A stretch of DNA of 64,000 nt from Carpediemonas membranifera BICM (taxonomy: Eukaryota > Protista > Fornicata), in NCBI GenBank assembly GCA_019828565.1, contig JAHDYR010000007.1, positions 320,373-384,372 on the forward strand, in the 5' to 3' direction. A model generated the notes under the pieces. It was not told the origin of the DNA, did not search any database, and saw only the letters and a list, made by a program, of their open reading frames with translations. The translations under genes were made by a program, and so were the position numbers. Numbering within the stretch: the first letter of the stretch is position 1; each line of letters starts with the position of its first letter. Positions 1 through 11,641 of the stretch are shown here, piece by piece.

Positions 1-264
1 TGCCGCCCCCCAACCATCGCGTCCTATTCAACCAGCTGTTGTGGGTGCCAAGCCCAAGAAGGCCCTGGCCACCACAACAACCCTGACCGACCTGCAACAA
101 CGACCACCCAAGCGCCCAAACGCAACGCGAGAGCCCCTAACCCAGCGGCAGGCTGGACGCGAAACAAGGAGACGAACCGGCTCGAGCGCCTCAGTCAATC
201 CATCAACGAGGTCGACATAGACGCCGAGTCCGACACCGATGAGTCAATCGACGAAGTCGACACG

Positions 265-1183
265 TCAGCGCAGCGCGAAAACATCGGTAAGCCGATCTAC
301 CACGACATCCTCGTCAACGGCACGAGACTGCGGGCGAAGCTCGACCCGGCAGCCGCCAAGACCTGTATCTCGGAGGCCACGTTCGCCACGCTGAAGGAGG
401 CCGGCCCGGTAATGATCACAAATCATGCTTACACGCTGAAGATGGCCGACCAGCGACCTTGCGAGGACACCACCGCCGTCATAGCCGAGCTCGTTATCGA
501 CGGCATCGTACCAAACGCTGTCGAGCTGACGTGGACCGTACCAGTCATCTCCGGGGAGGCCCACAAGTTCCTGTTCGGGGCAGACCTCCTCCGGCACCTA
601 GGCCTCATGTCGGACACGGGCATCAACATTCAGCTACCACCGTCAGCGGAGGACCCCGCCGACGATGTCACACCGGCCCAGAATCAATACATCGACGAGG
701 TTGACTCGGAGACTGACGACCTGCCGGACGACGTCTCGTCCTTCGCCACGCCAACCTTCGACATTGACCTCGTTCCCTCTACACGACGAGCTACTCGCTG
801 TGCTCCAGGCCAACGCCGACGTCTTCGACCCCAAGCTGCCACTCGGCGGCGCCGACATCGCGGAAGCCACCATTGACCTGAAGCCGGACGCCATTCTGCC
901 ACAAGCCAACCCACGCGGCATCCGCGCCGACTGGCTTCCCGAGATCAAGCGACAGCTCCATGAAATGTACGAAGCCCAGCTCATCCGCGACGCACACGGC
1001 CCAGTCTCTAGCCCGGCTGTGATTGTGCAGAAGAAGCCCGACGCGGACGGACGCCGCCCACTACGACTTTGCGCAGACTACAGGGCCCTCAACGAGGCAA
1101 CTGTGACTGACGCTTTCCCCACGACAGATACCCGCACGCTCATCAAGGACCTCGTCGGCAGCAAGTACTTCTTCGGTCTAGAC
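265..1183 (+). pseudogene. Element C protease and RT N-terminus (one frameshift near 780)
   Basis: Aspartic-protease-like ILVNGTRLRAKLD... and FLFGADLL; RT motifs SSPAVIVQKK and LRLCADYRALN; ends at the D insertion. Confidence 0.8.
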
Positions 1184-1240
1184 TGAGAGCCAGTGCAGTT
1201 TATGTAAACAGATCTACCTGCGCAAGCCAACAATGGCACA
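1184..1240 (+). repeat. 5' LTR of D (57 bp)
   Basis: TGAGAGCC...ATGGCACA, identical to 5794-5850. Confidence 0.95.
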
Positions 1241-1476
1241 ATATCGATATTCTGCTTCTACAGAATCACACAGTGGTCTATCCGTGATAGACGTCTCTTC
1301 CCTCACAACGGGGTACGAGAACTGGTTTCTGGTTACGGGAAGTCGGTAACGTCAAAAGACCCCGTTCTTTCCCCCACACATTCACGGCAAAGACCCTCGA
1401 GCTTCTACAAGCCACATGGCGGCCCACCTCCACGTTCCCGACCTTCGAGTCGTTCTGGGACTCCCTTATCCCTGAC

Positions 1477-3390
1477 GTGGTCTCGCAGGCACAACACGCC
1501 AAGCAAGAACCTGACAGACACGCCACGTCGTGCCGCGCAAGATACCGCGCGATCATCGACGCTCTGCAGGACGATCTCTTCTTGCTCTGTGCTGCAGCCG
1601 CCAACACCTATAAGGACAGCCCGCTTCTCGACCCGGCGATGCGCCGGATGAAGGCTGTTTACGACCGCGCCGAGGCCGAGCTGAACGATAAGCTCGCAAG
1701 CCTCTGCACGGCCAGCCACGACCGCCACAAGGCGGACCCGGATGCGACCCTCACCTTCGCGACGCTAACGAACCCCCTGGACGACAAACCGGCCCGATCG
1801 GCCGCGGATGTTGCGAGAATCGTCAACTCTCTCCCGTCAGCGGCAACGGCCGCCCCCTCCGCCCCCGTGTCCGTGCGTGACCAGCTTCGCGCCGAGGCCA
1901 GGACCATCCTGCCTCACCTGTACCTTACCCTGATGCCAACACTCGACCGCGGTGCACGCCTCAAGGCCATCACGAGCAAGGGCACCCAACTGTACGGCCA
2001 GAAAGCGGCCCACCGCCTTAACACTCTGCGCCTGCAGAAGGCGTGCGACGGGTACAACCCCGTCGTCGAGGCCGATGGCTACCATAAGATCCCCGACAGC
2101 GCCCTCCGCGCTGCGGTCCGGTCTGTCGCCCTCAAGGGATACGACGACGACGCGATCCCGCTATACGAGGCGCTGATCGAGCGGGATTCGGACGGCAACT
2201 GGCGTCCCGCCCGCGACTGCATAGACGCCCTCTCGACCCTCGAGACCGACCATCTCGGCCAGATCGTCGTCCCCTGGCAGGCCTATGCCGTGTCGACCAA
2301 GACGAAGCCGATCCCGGCCGACAACAAGGCACCGCATGATAACAGTCAGTGCTCGAACAAGGACACCTCTGCTCGCGAGGGCCAGCCGCTGAAGCCGAAG
2401 GCCCACAAGGTCGAAGGCCAGGACCCGTTCAAGCAGTTTAAGGACAAGGAGCATTTCTACATCCCGAAGTCTTTCAATCGCTGGTGTGACAGGCATGGCT
2501 GGAACTCAAAGCATACAACCAAGGACTGCGGAGCGAACCAACGCGATGGCGCCGTCGGCGAGGTCCAAACGACCTCCATTCCCATACAGACAACCGTAAC
2601 GGTCGCCGGAACCGTCCAACTTCCAGCCAAGCTCGACACTGGCGCAGATGTCTGCGTCATATCCGAGCACCTCGCCCCAAAGATACCAGGAAACATCCAA
2701 TGGCGCGAGTCGGACCTCCGCCTGTTCGCCGCGGACGACCGCGTTATCTCCGTGGGCAAGATCGCCACCATGTCCATCACACTCCCTGGCATGGATGGCA
2801 AAACCGTCACGCTCGACTGGGACGTCCACATGATCACAGGCACCAGCGACAGGATGCTGATCGGCAAGGACCTCCTCAGGCACATCGGCTACGTCCTCAA
2901 CGACCGCCTACTGATACTCCCGTCCGAGAAGCCGGATGATAAGGACGATCTAGAAGAGCACAACATGATCGACGCCGACGTCTTCGAAGCGGCGTCAACC
3001 TCGGACTCGAAGCATTCGCTCGCCGTCACGATCCCGGACGACCACGGCACCGAGTTCGCCAACAAGGTCCGAAGCATCGTCGAGGAGTTCGATGAGGTGT
3101 TCGACCCGGCTCTCCCGCCCGAAGGCAGCAAACTACAGCCTCACAAGATCGAACTCACACGCGATTTTCACCTCAAGTGCCGTCCTCGACAGCTTGTCGG
3201 AGAGGCTGGCTCAGCCGCCCTCTCCGAGATCGAGAAGATGAAGAAGCTCGGCATCATACGAGACAGCCAGTCCGAGCACGCCAGCCGCCACACGATGGCA
3301 ACCAAGAAGAACGGCGAACCCCGCTTCTGCGTCGCATTCAACGATCTTAACGACGCCACGAAGGACGACGCCTTTCCCTCCCCGATCTGA
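1477..3390 (+). CDS. Element D Gag-protease-RT N-terminus (true start unclear; frame is open from ~1291 but no ATG precedes 1477)
   Basis: CHHC-like knuckle WCDRHGWNSKHTTKDC; protease KLDTGADV; RT motifs KKNGEPRFCVAFNDLN. Confidence 0.85.
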   Translation: MVSQAQHAKQEPDRHATSCRARYRAIIDALQDDLFLLCAAAANTYKDSPLLDPAMRRMKAVYDRAEAELNDKLASLCTASHDRHKADPDATLTFATLTNPLDDKPARSAADVARIVNSLPSAATAAPSAPVSVRDQLRAEARTILPHLYLTLMPTLDRGARLKAITSKGTQLYGQKAAHRLNTLRLQKACDGYNPVVEADGYHKIPDSALRAAVRSVALKGYDDDAIPLYEALIERDSDGNWRPARDCIDALSTLETDHLGQIVVPWQAYAVSTKTKPIPADNKAPHDNSQCSNKDTSAREGQPLKPKAHKVEGQDPFKQFKDKEHFYIPKSFNRWCDRHGWNSKHTTKDCGANQRDGAVGEVQTTSIPIQTTVTVAGTVQLPAKLDTGADVCVISEHLAPKIPGNIQWRESDLRLFAADDRVISVGKIATMSITLPGMDGKTVTLDWDVHMITGTSDRMLIGKDLLRHIGYVLNDRLLILPSEKPDDKDDLEEHNMIDADVFEAASTSDSKHSLAVTIPDDHGTEFANKVRSIVEEFDEVFDPALPPEGSKLQPHKIELTRDFHLKCRPRQLVGEAGSAALSEIEKMKKLGIIRDSQSEHASRHTMATKKNGEPRFCVAFNDLNDATKDDAFPSPI

Positions 3391-5765
3391 GGGACCTGCC
3401 CCACGAAGCCGGCGGATGCTCTTACTTTGCATCACTCGATCTCCGGTCCGGATACTGGCAGCAGCTGATGGAGCCGGCCAGCATCCACCTTACCTCGTTC
3501 GTAGTCCCCGGGCACCAATTCGAGTTCCTCAGGGTCCCGTTTGGACTTAAGAACGCCCCCTCCAAGTTTCAACGAGCGATGGAGGCCGTGCTAGATGGCA
3601 TCCCCGGCCACCGGGTCTACGTGGATGACATATTCCTCTACGCACGGACCGAAGAAGGATTCCTCAACACCCTGAGACTCACCCTCCAGAGAGCCAAGGA
3701 CAACCGCCTGCGCCTCCGCGCGGACAAATGTACCATCGGCGCCGCCGAAGTGGAGGTCTGCGGATTCATCATCAACAGCTCCGGCCGCTCGGTGAGCCCA
3801 GGCCGCGTCGCCGCGCTGAAGGAGCTGCCCGCCCCCACCACCGTCACAGAGCTCAGACGCACGATGGGCAAGTTTAACCACCTCGCAAACTACCTCCCGC
3901 AACTCAGCTCAGCCACAGCCCCCTCAACGCCCTCCTCAAGGGGTCACCCAAGAAGCTAGACAAGCTCCCTTGGACTGAGGAACACGACAAGGCATTCGCG
4001 GCTCTGAAGGAGCTGTGCACCGACAACAAGGCATTGGCACTACCCAACCTGACCTGCAAGTGGACACTTGAGACAGACGCGTCCACAATCGCAGCCGGCG
4101 GAGTGCTGTGGCAACACGAGGGCGACACGAAGAAACCCCTCGCGTACTTCTCAAAGACGTTCACAGAGACCCAACGCCGCTGGGCGACGGTCGAGCAAGA
4201 GCTCTACGCAGTCATATACTGCATCACCCGGCCAGAGTTTAGCCAGATTCTCAAGCTGAAGCCATTCACCGTACTCACAGATCACAAGAACATCGTGTGG
4301 ATGATTCGCAAGGCTGAGGAAGGGACGCGCAAGCTCACGCGATGGAGACTCATCCTATCCGAGTACCCCTTCGACATCATGCATATCGCAGGGACAACTA
4401 ACGTCGTCGCGGACGCCCTCTCCCGCCCCAGCGGCGCGGCGATCAGCGAAATCGCCAGCAGCACCCACCGCTTCGACATTCAGCAGGCCCACGCTGGAGC
4501 CAACGGCCATGCTTCGATCAAACAAACGATCGCCCATCTCAAGGAAGCCGGCAAGACCTGGTCTTCCATGAACTCAGACGTCGCGGAGCACGTCGCGACT
4601 TGCCCAGTCTGCCAGAAGCTCAAATCCCACCCCATCGCCAAGGCCCAGTGGCATACGACCCAGAAGACCCGCCCATTCGAGGCGGTGCAGATAGACACGC
4701 TCGGCCCGCTTCCAAAGACGAATGGCCTCGCTCACGTGATCGTGTTCATCGACGTCTTCAGCAAGTTCACTGTGCTCAAGCCGGTTGCGTCAACCTCGGC
4801 AGAAGAAGCCGCCGACGCGATGCTCCAGGTGTGGTCGCTCTTCGGCGCACCCAGCCTGATCCAGACAGACCAGGGAAGTCAGTTCAAGAACTCAACCATC
4901 GCCGCTCTCAACAAGAAGATCAGCCTGAACCACAGGTTCTCCACGGCGTACCACCCACAGAGTAACGGCGTTGTCGAGAGAGTCAATGGGACCATCATGC
5001 GCAGACTGCGCGCCCTGCTACTAGACTCAGAAACGACCGACTGGCCCGCACTTATCCCACACTTCGACACACTCGACTACCGGCTTCACGCCGTTCGAGC
5101 TGCTTTTCGGACACACGTCCGCGCTCACGGCCCTCCCGGAGTCACGCATCATCAGCGCCGCCAAGGCGACGCAAGACACACCTACCATCCAGGCCATTAA
5201 CGCATTCCACACCGACATACAGGCCATGCACGACGCAGCCCGCGCGAAGATCGCCGCATACGAGCGTCACAAGGCCGCACAAACCCAACCGGCGGACAAC
5301 TTCGACTGGAAACTCGAACGCCTAGTGCTCCTGAGATATCCTCACAAGGCCCCATCCAAGATTCTGCCTCCAGTCCGCGGCCCGCTACAACTCCTCAGGG
5401 AAGGGAAGAGCCCCAACACATTCGTCCTCCGTGACCTCGTCACCAAGTCCGAGCTGCTCGTCCACCAGGACCGCCTCATTCGCTTCGACCCAGGCACAGC
5501 AGACCTCAAGACACTCGAGCGCATCGCCGCATACGAACAAGACGAACAACAAGTCTCCGCCATCGTCGGCCACCGCGAGCGCAACCGACGCCTCGAGCTC
5601 CTCGTCCACTGGGAAGGCCTAGAAGACTCCGAGGACTCGTACATTCCGTATAACGCATATTACGACCGCCTCGCCGCCCTGGATGACTACCTACGCCTCA
5701 ACCCAGGTCTCACGCCCCTCTTCGCACGTTACAAGCGGAAGTTCCGGGGCAATGGCCGCCGTTAG
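3391..5765 (+). pseudogene. Element D RT-RNaseH-integrase-chromodomain, broken by several indels
   Basis: VPFGLKNAP and YVDD (RT); TDAS and TDHKN (RNase H); HHCC zinc finger, IDTLGP, TDQGSQF and NGVVER (IN); VSAIVGHR...VHWEGLEDSEDSY (chromodomain). Confidence 0.88.
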
Positions 5766-5793
5766 CTGGCTAGCTTCGCCTTGAGGAGGGAAG

Positions 5794-5850
5794 TGAGAGC
5801 CAGTGCAGTTTATGTAAACAGATCTACCTGCGCAAGCCAACAATGGCACA
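5794..5850 (+). repeat. 3' LTR of D (57 bp)
   Basis: Identical to 1184-1240; preceded by the PPT and followed by the TSD. Confidence 0.95.
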
Positions 5851-5854
5851 AGAC

Positions 5855-8252
5855 CTTCGCCAAGGGTTTCACCAGATGCCATTGAAGGATGCCCACCGTT
5901 ACCTGTCCGCGGTGCGGGTCCCGGGCGAGTTTTTCGAATATATGGTCGCCCCGTTTGGCCTAAAGAACCTCCCCGCACAATTCCAGCGGGCCATCGCCAA
6001 CGTCCTGCGCCCGGTATACTCAGAGGGCGTCAGGAACTACATAGACGACATCTTTGCTGGCGCGCCATCGCCCGAGGTACTCGTCATGCGCACCCAGCGC
6101 ACGCTCGCTCTACTCAGTGACAAGAACATCAGGCTGCGCGCCGAGAAGTGTCATTTTGGCCAGACTCTCGACTGTCTCGGCGAGATCGTCTCCGAACACG
6201 GTCGTCGCCCTCAGCCCTCACGCATTGACACGATCAAGAGCCTCCCACGCCCGACGACCACGCACGAGGTACGTCAGATCCTCAGCCACATCAACTACGT
6301 GGCAGATTTTATCCCTGACTGCCAGCGCATCCTAGCGCCCATCAATGCCCTCCTCCGCAAGGACGCCAAGGTCGTGTGGACTTCAGCACACCAAGAGGCT
6401 ATCGCGGCTGTTCTGACACAGCTCGCCTCTGAGGAGTCACTCGCCATACCAGACCTCTCCAAACCCTGGCGCCTCGAGACGGACGCTAGTCTCCTCGGCC
6501 TAGGCGGCATACTGCTACAACAGCAAACGCCCACAGACTGGAGAGTCGTCGCCTACTTCTCCAAGGCGTTCTCGGACGTTCAACAAAGATGGAGCACCTA
6601 CGACCAGGAGATGTATGCTCTGATATACTGTCTGACACGTCCTGACATGTACTCTCTCTTCCTGGGCCACCCCGATCTGACCGTGTTCACCGACCATAAG
6701 AATCTGATGGCACTCCACCGCATGGCCGCTCACAATCGGAAGCATCGCCGATGGCTACTGTCGTTCTTGGAGTTCAGACTCAAGATCCACCACGTCCCGG
6801 GCGAGTCCAACGTCACGGCCGACTTCTTAAGCCGTTTCCCTTTCCAGACCCGCCCCGCAGAGATCGCCGAGGTCACGGCTAACACGCTAGAGTCGAGAGT
6901 GCTCGCCTCTCAGAAGGAGCACGCTGACGAGAGACCCTCCAAGCACACCATCGTCAACGGTGTCGTCAAGTATCACGGTCGCACATTCGTACCCGCCGAC
7001 GCGCGTCGCGACGTCCTAGCCGAGGCCCACCGGCTGCACTTGGGCGTCAAGAAGACCGCTCAGGCCGTGCGTGACTTGGGTTACGACTGGCCACAGCTCG
7101 AACACACCGTATCCGACCTGATCAACGCCTGTTTGATCTGTCAGAAGACCCGTCTGGCGAACTTCATCAAGCTGAAGATGGGCGCGACCCCGAGCAGCAC
7201 ACCATTCGAACGCGTAGCCGTCGACACGCTCGGCCCCATCTCAGAGGACTCGGCCGGCAACCGGTATGTCGTCGTGATTACTGACACATTCACGCACTTT
7301 ACTGAGCTCGTGCCAGCCCCCTCGAACAATGCAGACGCGGCTGCCGCCGCTATCTGGGCGTCTATCTGCCGCCACGGCATCCCGGCCATCCTGCACACAG
7401 ACGGAGGCCCGGAATACGCCAACCGTATCATCACCGCTCTAACCGAGCGCTTATCGGTCACACACCACCGGACCACGCCTTTCCATCCGCAGTCGAACGG
7501 TCACGTCGAACGCGTCAATCGCGAAATCAAGCGCCACCTACGTACCCTAGCGCTGGCATTTAACTCCTTCGACGCATGGTCCACGACCCTACTGCCATAT
7601 GTCGCGTGGATAATCAACAGCACGGTTCACAGCGCGACGGGGTTCACCCCGTTCGAGCTACTCTACGGCACACACGCTGCCGACCGGCAGATACCCCAGC
7701 CAGACAACAACGCCGAGGACGAGACCCCGCTTACCTCTGTCGCCGAATACCTCACCGTCATGGACGCGCTCCTGGCCAAGCTCTGCCGCAAGGCTCACAA
7801 ACGCCAGTCCAAGACTCGTGAGGGGGAGGGCAGAGACGCAGTCGGTTCCAGTCAAGCCCGGTGATTACGTCTTGCGCAAGAACCACGCTGAAAGCAAGCT
7901 CCACGGCCACACCGGACCGTTCAAGGTTATTGAGGTCAACCCGTTCACGGCAGTCGTCGTACCGCTCCTCGCCAACGAACTGCGACGCACAGTCCACCTG
8001 TCCCACCTCATTCCGCTCAAGTCCGACCTCTCTGAGGGCGAGCTCGCCTACTTCGCCGCTACAGACCAAGAGGAATGGTACGTTGAACGGATCGTCAAGT
8101 CCAAGCCCGGCTTCCTGCGCGTCAAGTGGCTCGGTAGCTCCGAGCTGTCCTGGGAGCCCATCGACGCCGTCCGCCACACTCCCGCCGCCAAGAAGTTCTT
8201 AGCCGCTCACCCCGAGCTGCTCAGAGAGGGCAGTGACGCATCACCTGATTAA
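5855..8252 (+). CDS. Element C RT-RNaseH-integrase (to 7864) plus chromodomain (7818-8252, frameshifted)
   Basis: APFGLKN, YIDD, ETDAS, TDHKNL, VDTLGP, TDGGPEY, NGHVER; WYVERIV...VKWLGSSELSWEP. The ORF runs through the PPT and stops inside the 3' LTR. Confidence 0.9.
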
Positions 8253-8286
8253 AACGAATTCTCGAATACCCGTCGTTTACGCCACA
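8234..8286 (+). repeat. Probable 3' LTR of C (53 bp)
   Basis: TGACGC...GCCACA directly after the PPT; element-B gag resumes after it. The partner LTR is outside the window. Confidence 0.7.
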
Positions 8287-8482
8287 GTAGGAGGTGCGTG
8301 AGGAGAGAAGCCTCGATATCTTCAATGGTTGCGGAAGAGAGATCAACTTCATATCGAAGCTCAAGGACATCAAGAATCTCTTCTGAAATACAGTCGGATG
8401 GCGAAAGAGTTGGAAATTGGGCTTTGAGGACTCGGAAGTGCCGAGTGAAGGTTCTGATCGTAACAGGATCTAGATCAGATAG
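8287..8482 (-). pseudogene. Middle fragment of element B gag
   Basis: Removing element E and one TSD copy joins it in frame to the ATG at 17742: MVTQNHLFLSDLDPVTIRTFTRHFRVLKAQFP... Confidence 0.75.
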
Positions 8483-8601
8483 TGTGGTGAGGCGCAGTTT
8501 AAGGTTTTGGTTTTTGACCATTTTCACCACTGCGGTTTCCAGGAGTAAATCAGTTCTCATCCATTAATTGGAAAGTTCCCTTCAAGGCCAAACCAAGCAC
8601 A
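8483..8601 (+). repeat. 5' LTR of E (119 bp)
   Basis: TGTGGTGAGG...CCAAGCACA, identical to 17596-17714. Confidence 0.95.
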
Positions 8602-8614
8602 GTATCGATACTAC

Positions 8615-9570
8615 ATGCAGTCTTTTGGCATCACCATCCCGTATTTGCGATCGCTTACGCGTTCTGCCTTCTTCACCTTCCAGGACGACGTCGATCACTA
8701 CCAAGTTCAAGCGAGAGCCCTCAATCTCCAACTACCTCCCCTTGCAACCTTCCTTAGCCCATCTGTCACGCGCCTCGTGCGCCTCCGCGTCCCTATCGAC
8801 GATATCCCCGACGGCGACCTCTTCGACACTATCGCGACCGAGTTCTTCAAGTTTCATACACAAGTTGAAGCTTACCAGTCTATCCAGCGCCTCCGCCTGC
8901 GCTCCCTCGAGCCGCCGGCCCTCTTAGCCCACATAGACACTTACCATAAGACCCTCGCGCTATGTGATGATAACACTCGCCCCATCGATCAACAGACGCG
9001 GAAGCTCTTCACTGCCTCGCTCCCCTCGGCCCTCAAGACTCGCCTCAAGATCGTTAGCCCCGAGACCTTCGCTGAGGCCTGTGAGGCGGCCATCACAGAG
9101 CTCGATGACATAGTCTCCATCCGCGCGCAGAGCGAATCTTTCCGCGACGAGCCCCGCCTCGACATGCCGCCCCGGCGCCCTCCGCCCATCAAGGCCAAGG
9201 CTGAGCCGACCGCCCCTACCGTCGATCGCCGGCCGAAGTCGGAGCTCATCTGCCACGGTTGTGGCCTCACAGGTCATGTACGGCCCGAGTGCCCTCACCG
9301 GGATCACCCCGGCTTCTTCGCGCATGGCATCCGTCGCCAAGCGCTCAACCTCACTGCTAAGTTGGCCGCCCACACCAACAACAGCAGCCCTCATGTGAGC
9401 CTCCATTTCTCTGACCACGTCCCTCGCACCGCCTTGCTTGATACCGGTGCCAGCCTTAACTTCATCCCTCCAGCGCTTGCCGAGGAGATGCACCTGCGTC
9501 TCTTCGAGGCCCACGTCCCGCTCGAGACGGCCAACGGCACTATTACCGCGGAGTATACGACCCGTCCCGT
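8615..9570 (+). CDS. Element E Gag-protease (continues at 14519 after F)
   Basis: CCHC knuckle CHGCGLTGHVRPEC; protease ALLDTGAS; the frame rejoins ...TTRPV|TITLQLERP across the F insertion. Confidence 0.88.
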
Positions 9571-9678
9571 TGTTGTAACGATGCGCTAATTTATTTCGAC
9601 ACACTGGTGTCGTCTCGGACCAAGTAGGACCAAGACGACACCCATAAAATATATAAATATTAATACGGTATTGCGACA
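9571..9678 (-). repeat. 3' LTR of F (108 bp)
   Basis: Identical to 14407-14514. Confidence 0.95.
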
Positions 9679-9730
9679 CTACCCCTCCCCCCCACCGAGA
9701 GTATTAAAGCCACTTTGCAAATTGTGTCAG

Positions 9731-9795
9731 AAACCCATCCGATGGTCGAGGATCTTCCTTCAGGGTGGAACCGGGTTCGACCCCCGGAGTCACCA
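9731..9795 (+). ncRNA. tRNA-like (Glu-TTC-like, degenerate) / Pol III unit inside the F 3' UTR, antisense to the element
   Basis: D-arm-like ATCC-GATGGTCGA-GGAT, TTC-containing loop, perfect T-arm CCGGG-TTCGACC-CCCGG (B box), 3' end ...GTCACCA, then T5. The acceptor stem does not pair. Confidence 0.5.
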
Positions 9796-10268
9796 TATTT
9801 TTCATTGAATGGGTCTTAACCTGCACGACCCAGCGATGAGTCGAAAAGAAGGAGGAGGCGAAGGACGGAAAAAAATGGAAAGGGTGTACTCGATATGCCC
9901 TTGCAGCGGCCTACCTCCACCTCCTGTCTGAGGTCTGAGTACCTCGTGTGGTGGCCGAAACACGAGTCGATGGCGAAAGAGTGAACGGGGAAGATGATCG
10001 CAACGAGAGCTGAACCCGAGGGAAATGGGGAGATATATAAAGGTGATTGTACTGCTGTAGCACTAGGTTCTCACGGGCATTGGTTCCCCGCAATGCGCAA
10101 AAATTTGGAATCAATCGACTATCGATTAACTGGGGAGGTTTGGACCGAAATTCCCCGCAAAAGAGGTGTAACAAGCATGTGTAGAGCGATATTGGGCGGA
10201 ATAATTACTTCCTGGGGGGTAATTGAGCATAATTGGCTGCTCGCCGATTGAGTTGCCTAATACTGCGG

Positions 10269-11641
10269 CTAGGACCGGGCCCGCCACCTGCGACGAATAC
10301 GAGCCAGAGTCGGCTCTAGTGCAGGGTTCTCGCGCAAATATTGGTCTAGGGCCTCCAGCTGGTCGGTGTCTCTGGTAAAACTAATCCAAGAGTCTTCGCT
10401 CGGCTCGTAGCCCAGCCAGTGGACTTTGAATTCGACCTTGGACCCCTTGTTTGAGACCCTGTGCTTGTAGACATTGTCGACCACATACTCACCGCACTCG
10501 GCGGCAAGTCTAGCGATCAGGGCTTGCTCGTCCTCTGGCGTCTCGACAGGAATGAGTCGCTCATCGCTGACCAGGACCTCTGCCAGCGACACTAAGTCGC
10601 GAACCACGTGCGTAGCGGGCGATTCGCCGGCTCGTACAACCTTCATCGGGCCCCGGAGGCTGGTGAGCAGCTTGGGAGCTCTGCCAACGTAGCGGAGGAG
10701 TGCGAAGGAGCCATCCGGGAAGCTCGGAGGTGTGTCGCTGTCCTCGCCGCTCTTGTTTCGTTCGCTATACCGTTGGAGATGAGCCTTGGCTTGCAGACGG
10801 CGGGTATTAAGGGCGTCGCGGAACGCCTTCAGGCAATCGGCTTGGCCCGCCGACATTTCCTTAAATAGGGCCCACGCCCGCTCGTATTGCGCGACTGAAA
10901 ACTGCTCGGAGTCGGATCCCGAATTGCCTGTCACTAGGCGTAAGGGGGCTTGCCCCGTGGCCCGTGTTGGCCGTGTATTAATGATGTACTGCACTAAAGG
11001 GAGGAAAGGAACCCAGTCATAGTCCTGGCTGTCAAATAGTAAACCCCGCAACAGACGAAGGACTTTTCCATTCGTGCGTTCAACAATTCCGTTGGAGGCT
11101 GGGTGATGTGGGGTCGAGTAACGATGCTTGAGGGAGAGGATCCGGTTGACTTCAGCGTCCACTTGGTTCCTAAATTCCGGTCCGCCATCAGTTTGAAGTA
11201 GCGCTGGTTTCCCAAATAGGGCCCAGACTTCTAGCATTGCTTGGGCTGTCTCGGCGGCCGTGGTTGATCTCACCGGCTTCAGTACCACGTATTTCGTGAA
11301 GACATCTGTGAAGACCAAGACGCCCTTGTACTCACCGCTAGCCCCCAGGGAGAGAGTGTCGACTTGGACGCATTCAAAGGGCGTGTACCGGTGTGTGCTG
11401 TTCTTCGCCGGGGGCGTTCGCTTGTGTGCGCGCAACTTCTGGCATGTCAAGCACTGCTTGACTACCCGCTTGGCGAGTGCCGAGACGTCGGGCCAAACAT
11501 GACCCGCCTCCATCGCAAGAGTCGTAAGGCGTACTGCCTTGGGGTGGCCATTGGCGCCCTCATGCAGATCTTGAAGTATGCGCAGCTTCTCCTCCTCCGA
11601 TGGTACGATCTCGGCACTGTTCACAGTCTTAGTCGACGATT
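10269..11641 (-). CDS. Element F integrase-chromodomain
   Basis: HHCC finger, QVDTL, TDGGPEF, NGIVER; YVVDNVYKHR...VHWLGYEPSEDSW. Separated from the upstream ORF by a probable 1-nt indel at DAL(S)R. Confidence 0.9.

Larger units (their letters stand above)
1184..5850 (+). mobile_element. Complete Ty3/Gypsy chromovirus 'D', 4.67 kb, nested in the RT of C
   Basis: Identical 57-bp LTRs; TSD AGAC (1180-1183 and 5851-5854); PPT GAGGAGGGAAG (5783-5793); gag-PR-RT-RH-IN-chromodomain. Confidence 0.95.
1..8286 (+). mobile_element. Ty3/Gypsy chromovirus LTR retrotransposon 'C' (5' end outside window; interrupted by element D; inserted in gag of element B)
   Basis: Order PR-RT-RNaseH-IN-chromodomain. 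The RT motif YFFGLD|LRQGFHQ is split by element D at 1184-5850. PPT AGAGAGGGCAG (8223-8233) is followed by a TG...CA unit at 8234-8286, then element-B gag resumes. Confidence 0.9.

Noticed and set aside
1273-1291. TGGTCTATCCG as a canonical tRNA PBS for element D
   Set aside because: It lies ~33 nt from the LTR end rather than adjacent, and is part of a local hairpin (GTCTATC...GATAGAC). The other elements show no equivalent site.
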